This document shows, piece after piece, positions 32,017 to 41,916 of a DNA stretch of 64,000 nt. The position numbers and the translations under genes are program-made. Position 1 is the first letter of the stretch. The number at the start of each line of letters is the position of its first letter. The notes beneath the pieces were generated by a model that was not told the origin of the DNA, ran no database searches, and worked only from the letters and a program-made list of their open reading frames with translations. The stretch is from the NCBI GenBank assembly GCA_963768055.1, contig CAVYGN010000002.1:640001-704000 (forward strand), given 5' to 3'. Origin of the DNA: an uncultured Spirochaetota bacterium (lineage in GTDB: Bacteria; Spirochaetota; Brevinematia; Brevinematales; JAOACQ01).

Positions 32017-32250
32017 TACGTTTTCTCCATTTTGCAAATTACAGGAATAAATATAGAGACTCCAGACCAATTAACAAAAGCTCTGCCGCAATGCCAGGAC
32101 TATTTAATAACTTATAGATATGTTACATGCTTCTTTTGATTAGTTTTGATTTATAGCTATGCGCCTTTTCCTGGATTTATTCCTGTGATATAATATATAC
32201 AAATAAATCGGCAAAATTCCTATGAAATCTTGAAATATTTTTTATTGTTG

Positions 32251-34773
32251 TTAAATTAAATAAAATATTTCTTTTTCAATCCCATCAACGACAGCGAACC
32301 TTCTCTCGACTAACGGTTCCAGCGTCATAGATTGCCTTGCATCCATCCCCGTAAAATAAGTGATAAAATCCCTGATGCGGGCTCCCCCTTCTTTCTGTAT
32401 AAATGTGAAAAATACCCTTTTCCCTGAAAACTCAATGCTTTTAAAATAATCATTGAGATTAATCGACTTTTCACCTTTCATACCCGCTTTCATATATTCA
32501 CCCATTGTTTTCACTTTTGCCAATAAAACCGGTTCGGAAAATTCACTATTAAAGGAAAACCTGACAAAATGCTCTCTGCAGATCCTTGTAAATTTAGGGG
32601 AAGGCAGGGCTTTCAAATCAATTTTAATAATTTTTAGCCCTGCAGGCAATTCCATATTTAAGAGAGTTTTCAGCCTTTTTTTTCGAATTTTCTCCGAAAG
32701 CTCAATTTCAGCAATTTCATAATTGCTTGAAAGTCCTACTGGCAGGGCCCAACCCATTTCTACCCTTAGATGCGGATTAAATCCCCTGGTATAAACAATC
32801 GGTATATTCGCGCGAATAAAAGCCCTCTCAAAAACCTCTTCCAGATCTATAGGCCCTAAATATCTCATATTGTTTGTCTTCGTATATAAAAATCTACAGA
32901 CAAAACGGGGTTTGCTATCTATCAGAACGCGGTTTAAGAATCTTTTATCAGTTTTATACTTTTCTCCGAGAGTTTTTTTTACAAACCTTGGCTTTTCAGA
33001 TTTGAAATTGCAATTTCCACAGTAATTTGTACAATCCGGAGAGCAGTTTCCGGTCGCAATCCTTGATGCGGCTTTTTCCTTTTCTTTTATTAAATATCTT
33101 TTTGTGACCCCCGGAATAATGAAATCCCATGGCAATACCGCATCCGTTCCCTTCTCTTTAAGATAAAACAAGGGATCTATACCGGTTTCCTCGAAAGCTG
33201 ATTTCCATAAACGAAGATCGAACTTATCCCCCCAGCCGTCGAACCTGGCCCCCTTTCTGAAAGCCTTTTCAATTACCAGAGACAATCTTCGATCGCCTTT
33301 ACATAGAACTCCTTCCAATTCACTCATTTCCGGATCATTATATCTTATATTAATATTCCTTTTATTTTTAAAAAATCCGATCATATCATGAAAATCTTCC
33401 CGGGCGTGACCGGCCGCCATCTGACCATACCACTGGAACGGAGTATGAGGCCTCGGTATAAATAAGGCTACTGAAAGGGTTATTTTAATCCCCCTTACAG
33501 CCGAATCTATTCTCATTGCAAGATTCTCTATTTCAGAAATCTCTACACCCCTTTCATGGGAACATAACCCTATCATAAAATAAAGTTTGACGCTTTTCCA
33601 TCCGAGTTCATAAGCTATTTTTATGACCTTAATAAGCTCTTCTTCCGTCACATTTTTATTTATTGCATCCCTGACAGCCTGTGTCCCTCCTTCGACAGCA
33701 AAAGTAAGTCCGCTCTTCCTGATCTCTTTTACTTTCCGGGCAAGTTCGAGGGTAAAGGAATCTATCCTTAGGCTCGGAAGTGAAAAAGAAACTCCATGGC
33801 TGGATAACTGGCTATCCATTGCCCGGATAAGGGCTTGAAGATCGGAGTAATCGCTTATAGAAAGCGATATCAGGGAAATTTCCCTGTACCCGGTTTTTTT
33901 AATTATTTCCGTGGAAAGTTTCATTAAGTTTTTTACAGTCCTTTCCCTCGGCGGCCTGTAATAAACTCCAGCCTGGCAAAACCTGCATCCCCTTCCGCAT
34001 CCCCTTGCAACTTCAAGCACGGCCCTATCCTGGACCGCCTGTATATGCGGCAGAATTTGAGCAGTAACATAAGGAATTTTTCCCAGGTCGGGTTCGCTGT
34101 ATCTTCTAATACTTTTCCCTACAGGAATAATATATCCATTTTCCTCTTTTTCAACATATAACGGGGGTACATACACCCCCTCTATCATGGAAAGATCATA
34201 CAGTATTGCAGACCTTGCTCTGCCTTTTTCTTTACCCCTGGTTATTACTTCCACCATTTCAATAATCCTGCTCTCCCCGTCACCAATGCAAACGGCATCA
34301 AGAAAATGAGCCACCGGTTCAAGATTTCCTGAAACGGGCCCTCCGGCAATGACAAAAGGATGAGAACCATTCCTTTCTTTTGAATAAAGAGGGACTCCCG
34401 AAAGGTCAAGGATATTGAGAAAATTTGTATACAGAAGTTCATATTGAAATGTAAATCCCAGAATATCAAACCGGGCTAAAGGGGTCTTGGATTCAAGAGA
34501 AAAAAGGGAGATCTTCTTTTCCCGTAAAAACTGTTCCATATCTATCCATGGAGAATAAACCCTTTCACAAGCGATATAATTTTTCCTGTTCAGGATGTCG
34601 TAGAGGATTTTAAGCCCGACATTTGAAATACCGATCTCGTAAATATCCGGATATATAAGGGCTATCGTCGTTTTTCCTTTATTATCCTTGACGATAGAAT
34701 TTAACTCCCCGCCTACATACCGGGCAGGTTTATCTACGAAAGGCAATATTTCTTTTTCTATTATATCCCACAT
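32251..34773 (-). CDS. TIGR03960-type B12-binding radical SAM protein fused to a TIGR03936/DUF2344-like domain
   Basis: KPARYVGGE, YPDIYEIG.SN, RGCGRGCRFC, PHTPFQW, GARFDGW; C-terminal RAFIRANIPI.YT.GFNPH. Confidence 0.85.
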   Translation of the reverse strand: MWDIIEKEILPFVDKPARYVGGELNSIVKDNKGKTTIALIYPDIYEIGISNVGLKILYDILNRKNYIACERVYSPWIDMEQFLREKKISLFSLESKTPLARFDILGFTFQYELLYTNFLNILDLSGVPLYSKERNGSHPFVIAGGPVSGNLEPVAHFLDAVCIGDGESRIIEMVEVITRGKEKGRARSAILYDLSMIEGVYVPPLYVEKEENGYIIPVGKSIRRYSEPDLGKIPYVTAQILPHIQAVQDRAVLEVARGCGRGCRFCQAGVYYRPPRERTVKNLMKLSTEIIKKTGYREISLISLSISDYSDLQALIRAMDSQLSSHGVSFSLPSLRIDSFTLELARKVKEIRKSGLTFAVEGGTQAVRDAINKNVTEEELIKVIKIAYELGWKSVKLYFMIGLCSHERGVEISEIENLAMRIDSAVRGIKITLSVALFIPRPHTPFQWYGQMAAGHAREDFHDMIGFFKNKRNINIRYNDPEMSELEGVLCKGDRRLSLVIEKAFRKGARFDGWGDKFDLRLWKSAFEETGIDPLFYLKEKGTDAVLPWDFIIPGVTKRYLIKEKEKAASRIATGNCSPDCTNYCGNCNFKSEKPRFVKKTLGEKYKTDKRFLNRVLIDSKPRFVCRFLYTKTNNMRYLGPIDLEEVFERAFIRANIPIVYTRGFNPHLRVEMGWALPVGLSSNYEIAEIELSEKIRKKRLKTLLNMELPAGLKIIKIDLKALPSPKFTRICREHFVRFSFNSEFSEPVLLAKVKTMGEYMKAGMKGEKSINLNDYFKSIEFSGKRVFFTFIQKEGGARIRDFITYFTGMDARQSMTLEPLVERRFAVVDGIEKEIFYLI

Positions 34774-34801
34774 AGGAACTCCAATGCTTTTTTTCAATTT
34801 A

Positions 34802-34830
34802 TTGCATCAAGTTTAATATTAACATAAAAT
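34802..34830 (+). promoter_or_regulatory. Putative sigma70 promoter for the DUF721 gene
   Basis: TTGCAT-N17-TAAAAT ending 8 nt before ATG 34839. Confidence 0.5.
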
Positions 34831-34838
34831 AGTACATT

Positions 34839-35363
34839 ATGAAACGAAAATACAATTACACATGGCTTAACGAAGGGGTCAGAACATTTTTGAGGGATTC
34901 AATCCCCTCCGTGCATTATTTTTCAGCGCTTCTCAGGAAGAATTGGCATGAAATTGTCGGAAAGGCAATGGCCTCACATTCAACGCCAATGGGTGTATAT
35001 AATAAAGTATTGACAGTAAACGTTGACGACCCGATCTGGATCCAGGAATTTACTTTAAATAAAGATGAAATCAGGAATAATATAATAAATTTCTTCGGGG
35101 ATAAATCCTTGACAGGAGTTTTCGATTCCATCAGGTTTCAGAACGGTGAGATAAAAGGTCATCTTCCTGTCAAGAAAATCAAATTCACCGGCAGGGTCGA
35201 CCCAAATACTCTGAAAAAGATCGATGAAACCCTGAAAAATTTAGAAGATAAAGAATTGAAAGAAGCCCTGAGGCATTATTTTATCCAGTCCCAGCTTAAA
35301 TTTTCGGAGGGCGGTATTCCTGGATCACAATCTGTTCCCCAATTTCATTCGAAAGACGGGTAA
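34839..35363 (+). CDS. DUF721/DciA-family protein
   Basis: W.EIVG..MA.HS.P......L.V.V..P.W.QE pattern. Confidence 0.8.
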   Translation: MKRKYNYTWLNEGVRTFLRDSIPSVHYFSALLRKNWHEIVGKAMASHSTPMGVYNKVLTVNVDDPIWIQEFTLNKDEIRNNIINFFGDKSLTGVFDSIRFQNGEIKGHLPVKKIKFTGRVDPNTLKKIDETLKNLEDKELKEALRHYFIQSQLKFSEGGIPGSQSVPQFHSKDG

Positions 35364-35889
35364 TTTCATATCTTTCTACGATCCCTGTTACAAGGGTTGT
35401 CCTAAACTGGTGCGGAATTCCGCTTTTCAGGATGAGCCCGATGGAATCCTTTATTTTTTCAAGATCGACCGAATCAAGGCCGACTGTTTTACCATATTTG
35501 CTGAAAATGTTTTTAATATCCATTGCCACGAAAGAGAGCAGGCCCCTATTTAAATATCTCTTCAATATACCGGGCAGATAACCGTTAGTATCAAGTTTTG
35601 TTAAAAACCCGTTTTTTAAACACCATTCAAAGAAACCGGCAAGTCTTTCCCCCCAGATAGTGGGTTCCCCGCCGCTCACACATATCCCACTGATTTTTCC
35701 CTTTTTCGATATCAGGAAAGCCTCGATATCCTCTTCAGCAATTTCAGGGATTTTTTCGTACAATTCCGGAACAATAAGGTCCCTGTTTTGACACCATGGG
35801 CAGCGGAAATTACAACCCGCGGTAAAAACAGTGGCGGCAATCTGTCCCGGAAAATCTATTAATGAAATTTTCTGAATTCCCCTGAACAT
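35296..35889 (-). CDS. nrdG: Anaerobic ribonucleotide reductase activating enzyme
   Basis: SLIDFPG, GCNFRCPWCQN, SGGEPT, KLDTNG, MDIK, FRTT. Confidence 0.93.
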   Translation of the reverse strand: MFRGIQKISLIDFPGQIAATVFTAGCNFRCPWCQNRDLIVPELYEKIPEIAEEDIEAFLISKKGKISGICVSGGEPTIWGERLAGFFEWCLKNGFLTKLDTNGYLPGILKRYLNRGLLSFVAMDIKNIFSKYGKTVGLDSVDLEKIKDSIGLILKSGIPHQFRTTLVTGIVERYEITRLSNEIGEQIVIQEYRPPKI

Positions 35890-35897
35890 CTCTAAAA

Positions 35898-36050
35898 TTA
35901 TTTGAAAAGGAGCTTATCTTCGTAAGTATTTCTCTCGGAAAATTCCTGCTGCTTACCGATGTTCCAATGCTGGACCGGCCTGTAATACCCGACTATCCTG
36001 GAATAAACCTCTGTCGGTATAACCAACCGCTTTTTTTCCTCTTGTTCCAT
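35898..36050 (-). CDS. Stand-alone 50-aa NrdD glycyl-radical domain
   Basis: TEVYSRIVGYYRPVQHWNIGKQQEFSER; AGGAGAGGAG SD ending 10 nt upstream of ATG 36050. Confidence 0.85.
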   Translation of the reverse strand: MEQEEKKRLVIPTEVYSRIVGYYRPVQHWNIGKQQEFSERNTYEDKLLFK

Positions 36051-36093
36051 GTGTTTGCTTCTCCTCTCCTTAAAATCTGCTTTAAAACTATGA

Positions 36094-38193
36094 TTACATA
36101 TATTTTCCATATTTAAGTAATTCTTCATCCGTATGGGGCAGGGGACAGATCCACTTTTCCCCGGAAAGATAGCCATGGACCGGGCAAACCGAGAAAGTCG
36201 GGGTAATGGAAAAATACGGCAATCGATACTGGCTTGCTACCGTTTTAACCATTTTCGCTATTATATCCGGGTTTTCGACTTTTTCACCGAGAAAAATATG
36301 TATTACCGTTCCTCCGGTAAACTTAGCCTGTAAAGGATCCTGGTGGTCAAGCAGCTCAAAAATATCGTCAGTGGCATTAACCGGAAGGTGGACGGAATTG
36401 GTATAATAAGGGGCATCCTGCGTTCCTGAAGAAATGATATCCGGGTGTATCCGTTTATCGGCTTTTGCAAGACGGAAACTCGCACCTTCAGCGGGAGATG
36501 CTTCCAGGTTATAAAGATTACCCGTTTCCCGTTTGAATTCCTCAAGGACCTCGAGGGCAAAATCAAGGACTTTCATGGCAAAAGTCCTGCTCTCCTGGGT
36601 GTTATAAGGTTTTTTTAGAAAATTCATGACTGCTTCATTCATGCCGATCATACCTATTGTAGAAAAATGATTGGTCCAGTATCTTCCGCTTCTTTTTTTT
36701 ATATCGTTCAAATAAATACGCGTATATGGATAGAGGCCTCTGTCCGTCAGGTCCTCTATTACTTTCCTTTTCATCTCCAGGGAATTTTTCGATATCACCA
36801 TCATCTGTCTGAATAAAACGAAAAATTCTTCTTCATTAGAAGCCGAATAAGCAATCCTGGGAAGATTGATAGTCACAACCCCGATAGAACCCGTCATTGG
36901 ATTGGCGGCAAATAACCCTCCGCGTTTACCCAGGGGGTTCTCATCGCTCCCGGTCAGGCTCATTCTGTCAAGCTGAGCCCTTACTTCTCTATTATCCAGC
37001 TTAAGCCTGCAGCACATACTCCTTGTATCTTCCTCATTCATATCAGAATTGATAAAATTGCTGAAATAGGGGGTTCCGTACTTCGCCGTCATTTCCCATA
37101 TCTTTCTATAAGCCGGATTTTCCCAATCAAATGTCTTGGTAATATTATAAGTTGGGATCGGAAAGGTGAATGGCCTGTTTTTTGCGTCTCCTTCAAGCAT
37201 TACCTCTGCAAAAGCCTGATTTATCCAGTCCATTTCAAGTTTAAATTCCGAATATGATTCATCCCTTATTTCTCCGCCGATTATTACTCCCTTATCTCTG
37301 AGATAAGAAGGGCAGACAAGGTCGAAGGTTAAATTCGTGAAAGGGGTTTGAAATCCGGTCCGTGTCGGCACGTTGAGGTTAAAGACGAATTCCTGTATAG
37401 CCTGCTTAACCTCTGACATTGTCAAACCGTCATACTTTACAAGCGGCGCAAGAAGGGTGTCTATATTGGCAAAAGCTTGAGCTCCTGCCGCCTCACCCTG
37501 GAGAGTATAGAAAAAATTGACTATCTGACCCAGCGCCGATCGAAAATGCTTTGCCGGTTTACTTTCCACTTTGCCGGCAACCCCACCGAAACCCTGGATC
37601 AGGAGCTGTTCAAGATCCCATCCGACACAATAAGCGGAAAGGGACCCAAGATCATGAATATGTACGGCCCCGCTTCTATGCGCTTCACCGATATCCGGTG
37701 TATATATTTTTGTAAGCCAGTAATTAGCGGTTATTGTTGACGATACATGTGAATTCAGGCCCTGGAGGGAATAGAACATATTAGAATTTTCGTTTACCCT
37801 CCAGTCCCTCAGATGAACATAATCTTCAATCATGTTAAGACTTTCATTGAGAGTTTTCGTTATATTCCTTATTTCGCTCCTTTTCGCACGGTAAAGAATA
37901 TATGATTTCGCCGTCTTTCTGAAGCCCATATTCATAAGAGTATCTTCTACCATATCCTGTATATGTTCTATCTCCACAACTTTATCATCAAGCTTGCTTA
38001 TTACCATTGCGGTAATTTCCCAAGCCTGGTTATAATTGCCTTCACCCGTCGCTTCAAAGGCCTTGCTGACTGCTACTGCTATTTTTGAGACATCGAAGTC
38101 GGCTATTCTGCCGTCCCTCTTCTTTACGAAAGCGCTTTGATTATTTGATTTTTTTGACTGGACCAGGTCTTTAACAAGCTGCTCCATCTTCAC
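36094..38193 (-). CDS. nrdD: Class III ribonucleoside-triphosphate reductase lacking its glycyl-radical tail
   Basis: ATP-cone (VKKRDG), HIHDL, YCVGW, SMCCRL, PAEG, CPVHG metal site; no RxxGY loop before the stop; start may be ATG 38187. Confidence 0.95.
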   Translation of the reverse strand: MKMEQLVKDLVQSKKSNNQSAFVKKRDGRIADFDVSKIAVAVSKAFEATGEGNYNQAWEITAMVISKLDDKVVEIEHIQDMVEDTLMNMGFRKTAKSYILYRAKRSEIRNITKTLNESLNMIEDYVHLRDWRVNENSNMFYSLQGLNSHVSSTITANYWLTKIYTPDIGEAHRSGAVHIHDLGSLSAYCVGWDLEQLLIQGFGGVAGKVESKPAKHFRSALGQIVNFFYTLQGEAAGAQAFANIDTLLAPLVKYDGLTMSEVKQAIQEFVFNLNVPTRTGFQTPFTNLTFDLVCPSYLRDKGVIIGGEIRDESYSEFKLEMDWINQAFAEVMLEGDAKNRPFTFPIPTYNITKTFDWENPAYRKIWEMTAKYGTPYFSNFINSDMNEEDTRSMCCRLKLDNREVRAQLDRMSLTGSDENPLGKRGGLFAANPMTGSIGVVTINLPRIAYSASNEEEFFVLFRQMMVISKNSLEMKRKVIEDLTDRGLYPYTRIYLNDIKKRSGRYWTNHFSTIGMIGMNEAVMNFLKKPYNTQESRTFAMKVLDFALEVLEEFKRETGNLYNLEASPAEGASFRLAKADKRIHPDIISSGTQDAPYYTNSVHLPVNATDDIFELLDHQDPLQAKFTGGTVIHIFLGEKVENPDIIAKMVKTVASQYRLPYFSITPTFSVCPVHGYLSGEKWICPLPHTDEELLKYGKYM

Positions 38194-38221
38194 CCCTCCC
38201 GATAATATAAAACGGCTTTTT

Positions 38222-38932
38222 CTAAATTTTCATAATATTTACCACCGATATGACAATGAATATGATTATTGTTACAAGCGCGCCTGTTAGAATCAGGTTT
38301 TCTCTGTTCCTGATTAAATAATTAACATTTTTCTTTTCGAAAAGATAGATTTTGTTCTTGCCATGAGGAATGATGAATATAATATTGATTAAAAGAACAG
38401 ACAATAGAAGGACAATATCAGGTATCCGCCGGTTAAATGCCTTTTCTATTATATCCTTCAAAAAAAACATGTAAATAATAAAAAAAATATCGCAGATCGA
38501 AATAATGTAATTAAAAATCTTTTTCCTGAAAAAGCGGAAAATATTTCTTAATTCTATTATTTTTTTGATCTCGGTATACATTTTTTTTAGTTTCTGAGAG
38601 CTGGAATCTGATAAATAAATGTTGCAACTCGAAGGAGATATATCAAGTATCAAATAGGGCTGTTCTTTTCCTGTTTCTTCCTGAACGTTAAAATAAAACG
38701 AATGATATTCCTTTTTCTTAAAATTATCATTTTTAATCAGAATTTCAAGATCTTCCGAATTATTAATTTCATCCTCAAGGCTATAACCCCCTATCTGATA
38801 TACAATTCCGGGAAAATAAGATTTTGTGATTTTAATAAATTCAACTATATCTTCTTTATAAAGGGTCAGCATAAATGGCGAAAATGAAAAGGTATAATAT
38901 GAATCACGGCTGCTGACCGATCTTCCCCTCAT
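38222..38932 (-). CDS. Hypothetical membrane protein (three C-terminal TM helices)
   Basis: 236-aa ORF with a GGGGAG SD, co-oriented 28 nt upstream of nrdD. Confidence 0.65.
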   Translation of the reverse strand: MRGRSVSSRDSYYTFSFSPFMLTLYKEDIVEFIKITKSYFPGIVYQIGGYSLEDEINNSEDLEILIKNDNFKKKEYHSFYFNVQEETGKEQPYLILDISPSSCNIYLSDSSSQKLKKMYTEIKKIIELRNIFRFFRKKIFNYIISICDIFFIIYMFFLKDIIEKAFNRRIPDIVLLLSVLLINIIFIIPHGKNKIYLFEKKNVNYLIRNRENLILTGALVTIIIFIVISVVNIMKI

Positions 38933-39056
38933 TAAAAAACACTCCCCTTAACAAATTTTTTAATTTTTAAAGAAATAGGATTTTATAACTAATTATATTT
39001 TATTTCACATTAAATATCTATAATTTTTAAAAAATGAATGTTTAAATTCCCTTTCC

Positions 39057-41897
39057 TCAGGAAGAAGAGTCCGGTTTCTTTATCTCCTGCAGGTATTTTT
39101 TTAAAAAGATCCCTGTATAAGATTTCTTGTCTTTCAATATATCTTCCGGTTTTCCTTCAAAAACTATAAACCCGCCCTTGTCGCCGCCTTCCGGCCCAAG
39201 ATCTATAATCCAGTCAGACACTTTTATTACATCCATGTTGTGCTCGATGACTATAACTGAGTTCCCCCTGTCGACCAGCGACTGAAGAACATTTATAAGT
39301 TTTTTTACATCATCGAAATGGAGTCCGACTGTAGGTTCATCGAGAATATAAAGAGTTTTGCCTGTCCCTATCTTTGACAGTTCCTTGGCAAGTTTTATTC
39401 TTTGAGCTTCGCCTCCGGAAAGCGTAGTTGCGGCCTGGCCGAGGTGAACATAGCCCAGGCCTACATTTTTCAATACTTCTATTTTTCTCTTTATATTCGG
39501 GATATGCTCGAAAAATGAAAGGGCTTCATCAACTGTCAATGCAAGAACATCGGCGATAGATTTCCCTTTATATTTGATTTGAAGTGTTTCCCTGTTATAT
39601 CTTCTGCCCCCGCAGACATCGCAAGTCAGGTATACATCCGGCAGAAAATGCATTTCCACCTGTATTAAACCGTCTCCCTGACATGCTTCACACCGCCCCC
39701 CTTTTACATTGAAGCTGAACCTGCCGGCTTTATAACCCCTTGCCTTTGCTTCTGGAAGACCTGTAAAAAGGTCCCTGATCTCTGTAAAAACACCTGTATA
39801 AGTAGCCGGGTTGCTGCGCGGCGTCCTCCCTATAGGGCTTTGATCGATGTCTATAATTTTATCGATATTCTCGGCCCCATGGATCTCTTTATATATACCC
39901 GGTATGCATTTAGCTCTGTTGACGCATTTGGCAAGGGCCATATATAAAATGTCGTTGACAAGGGTTGATTTTCCCGATCCGCTGACCCCGGTTATAGCGA
40001 TAAACTTTCCGAGGGGAAAATCCACATCGATTTTTTTCAGATTGTGCTCCTCTGCGCCTACTATCCTTATGAATTGACCGCTGCCCTCCCTTCTCGCCGG
40101 GGGCATTTCGACAAACAAATCTCCGGAAAGATACCTTCCCGTCAGGGAATTTTTATTCTTTTTAATCTGGCTGAATGTGCCTTCGGCGACAAGATTACCC
40201 CCGTAAATCCCTGCTCCCGGGCCGATATCGACCACCCAATCCGATCTTGAAATAGTTTCCTCGTCGTGTTCGACTACAAGAACGGTATTTCCGGCATCCC
40301 TGAGTTTTTCAAGGCTCAGTATCAAACGGTCGGTGTCTCTCGCATGAAGGCCAATAGTGGGTTCATCAAGGACATACAACACCCCCATCAATCCCGATCC
40401 GATCTGTGAGGCCAGTCTTATTCTCTGAAATTCTCCGCCGGAAATCGTACTCACTTTCCTGTCAAGGGTTATATAATCAAGTCCGACATCTATAATGAAT
40501 TGTAATCTTTTTTCTATCTCTTTCAGGATCCTTTCAGCTATTATTATCTCGCTTTTACCCAGGGTTTTCGAAAGTCCGGAAATGAATTGAAAGGATGAAG
40601 CTACATTCATTCTTGTAACTTCCATGATATTTTTAGCCGATACGATCACCGACAGGCTTTCTTTTTTAAGCCTTTCACCATTGCAGACCGGGCATTTTAT
40701 AGATTCCATATACTGTTCCAGCCATTCCCTCATGTCCATAGACTGGGTTTCAAAATACCGCCTTTTAAGGTTGGGTATTACGCCCTCATATTGCGACATT
40801 GTTTTGAAATCAAACCTGTCGCTGGTATAATGAATTTCTACCCTATCGGTGTCCCCATTCATGATCAAATTCCTTATGGTTTTCGGGAGCTCTCTATAGG
40901 GTTTATCCATGGAAAAACCGTATTTTCTCGAAAGGGCGTTTAAAAAACTTAACCAGTGGCCCTGAGTAGGGGGGTGGCTTTTAAGCGCCCCGTCGTTAAG
41001 GCTTTTATCAAAATCAACAAGCAGTTCCTCGTCAAACTCAAGCTTTTCTCCAAGTCCGCTGCATTCAGGACATGCCCCATACGGAGCATTGAAGGAAAAC
41101 ATCCTCGGTGAAATTTCACTGAAGCTTATATTATGGTCAGGGCAATAATAGCGTTCAGAATATATCTTTTCCTCTTTTGTATCTATGAAAGACAGGGTTA
41201 AGAGTCCATCGCCGTAATGGAGTGCCGTTTCAACCGAATCGGTAATCTGGGTCCTGTATTTTTCATTTATAGAAAGCCTTGTGATCACTATATCTATATT
41301 ATGCTTTTTGTTTTTATCGAGCTTGATATCGGACTCCAGCTCGATAATCTCGCCGTTTACCCTGACCCTGGCAAAACCCTCCTTTCTTAATTCTTCCAGA
41401 ATATCAGCATGCGTGCCCTTTTTACCCTTTACAACCGGGGCCATGATCATAAACTTCGTCCCTTCCTGTGTTTTCATGATCGAATCTACAATTTCATCGC
41501 TGGTCGTCGAGGTCAATATTCTTCCGCATACCGGACAGGTTGGCGTACCGATCGTACCCCATAATAGCCTGAAATAATCGTATATTTCAGTAACTGTTCC
41601 CACTATAGATCTCGGGTTGGCATGAACGCTTTGCTGCTGAATTGAAATGGCCGGAGACAAGCCGCCGATATACTCGACATCCGGTTTTTTCATCTCGCCA
41701 AGAAACTGCCTGGCGTATGTTGAAAGCGATTCCAGGTAACGCCGTTCACCCTCAGCATAAATTGTGTCGAAAACGAGGGATGATTTACCGCTTCCTGAAA
41801 CCCCGGTAAAGACCACTAGTTTATTTCTAGGTATTTCAATTGAAAGGTTCTTTAAATTATGTTCTTTTGCGCCTTTAATAACGATTTTTTCAACCAT
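39057..41897 (-). CDS. uvrA: Excinuclease ABC subunit A
   Basis: Two GVSGSGKS motifs, zinc fingers, [24 protein letters not shown]. Confidence 0.98.
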   Translation of the reverse strand: MVEKIVIKGAKEHNLKNLSIEIPRNKLVVFTGVSGSGKSSLVFDTIYAEGERRYLESLSTYARQFLGEMKKPDVEYIGGLSPAISIQQQSVHANPRSIVGTVTEIYDYFRLLWGTIGTPTCPVCGRILTSTTSDEIVDSIMKTQEGTKFMIMAPVVKGKKGTHADILEELRKEGFARVRVNGEIIELESDIKLDKNKKHNIDIVITRLSINEKYRTQITDSVETALHYGDGLLTLSFIDTKEEKIYSERYYCPDHNISFSEISPRMFSFNAPYGACPECSGLGEKLEFDEELLVDFDKSLNDGALKSHPPTQGHWLSFLNALSRKYGFSMDKPYRELPKTIRNLIMNGDTDRVEIHYTSDRFDFKTMSQYEGVIPNLKRRYFETQSMDMREWLEQYMESIKCPVCNGERLKKESLSVIVSAKNIMEVTRMNVASSFQFISGLSKTLGKSEIIIAERILKEIEKRLQFIIDVGLDYITLDRKVSTISGGEFQRIRLASQIGSGLMGVLYVLDEPTIGLHARDTDRLILSLEKLRDAGNTVLVVEHDEETISRSDWVVDIGPGAGIYGGNLVAEGTFSQIKKNKNSLTGRYLSGDLFVEMPPARREGSGQFIRIVGAEEHNLKKIDVDFPLGKFIAITGVSGSGKSTLVNDILYMALAKCVNRAKCIPGIYKEIHGAENIDKIIDIDQSPIGRTPRSNPATYTGVFTEIRDLFTGLPEAKARGYKAGRFSFNVKGGRCEACQGDGLIQVEMHFLPDVYLTCDVCGGRRYNRETLQIKYKGKSIADVLALTVDEALSFFEHIPNIKRKIEVLKNVGLGYVHLGQAATTLSGGEAQRIKLAKELSKIGTGKTLYILDEPTVGLHFDDVKKLINVLQSLVDRGNSVIVIEHNMDVIKVSDWIIDLGPEGGDKGGFIVFEGKPEDILKDKKSYTGIFLKKYLQEIKKPDSSS

Positions 41898-41916
41898 TTG
41901 GAAATTTATTTCCTCT

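Noticed and set aside
35898..36176. 92-aa version of the small nrd ORF
   Set aside because: The first 42 residues overlap nrdD and its downstream gap and show no family features; the strong SD points to ATG 36050
38933..39056. NrdR box upstream of the nrd string
   Set aside because: Only weak AT-rich similarity, with no convincing palindromic pair
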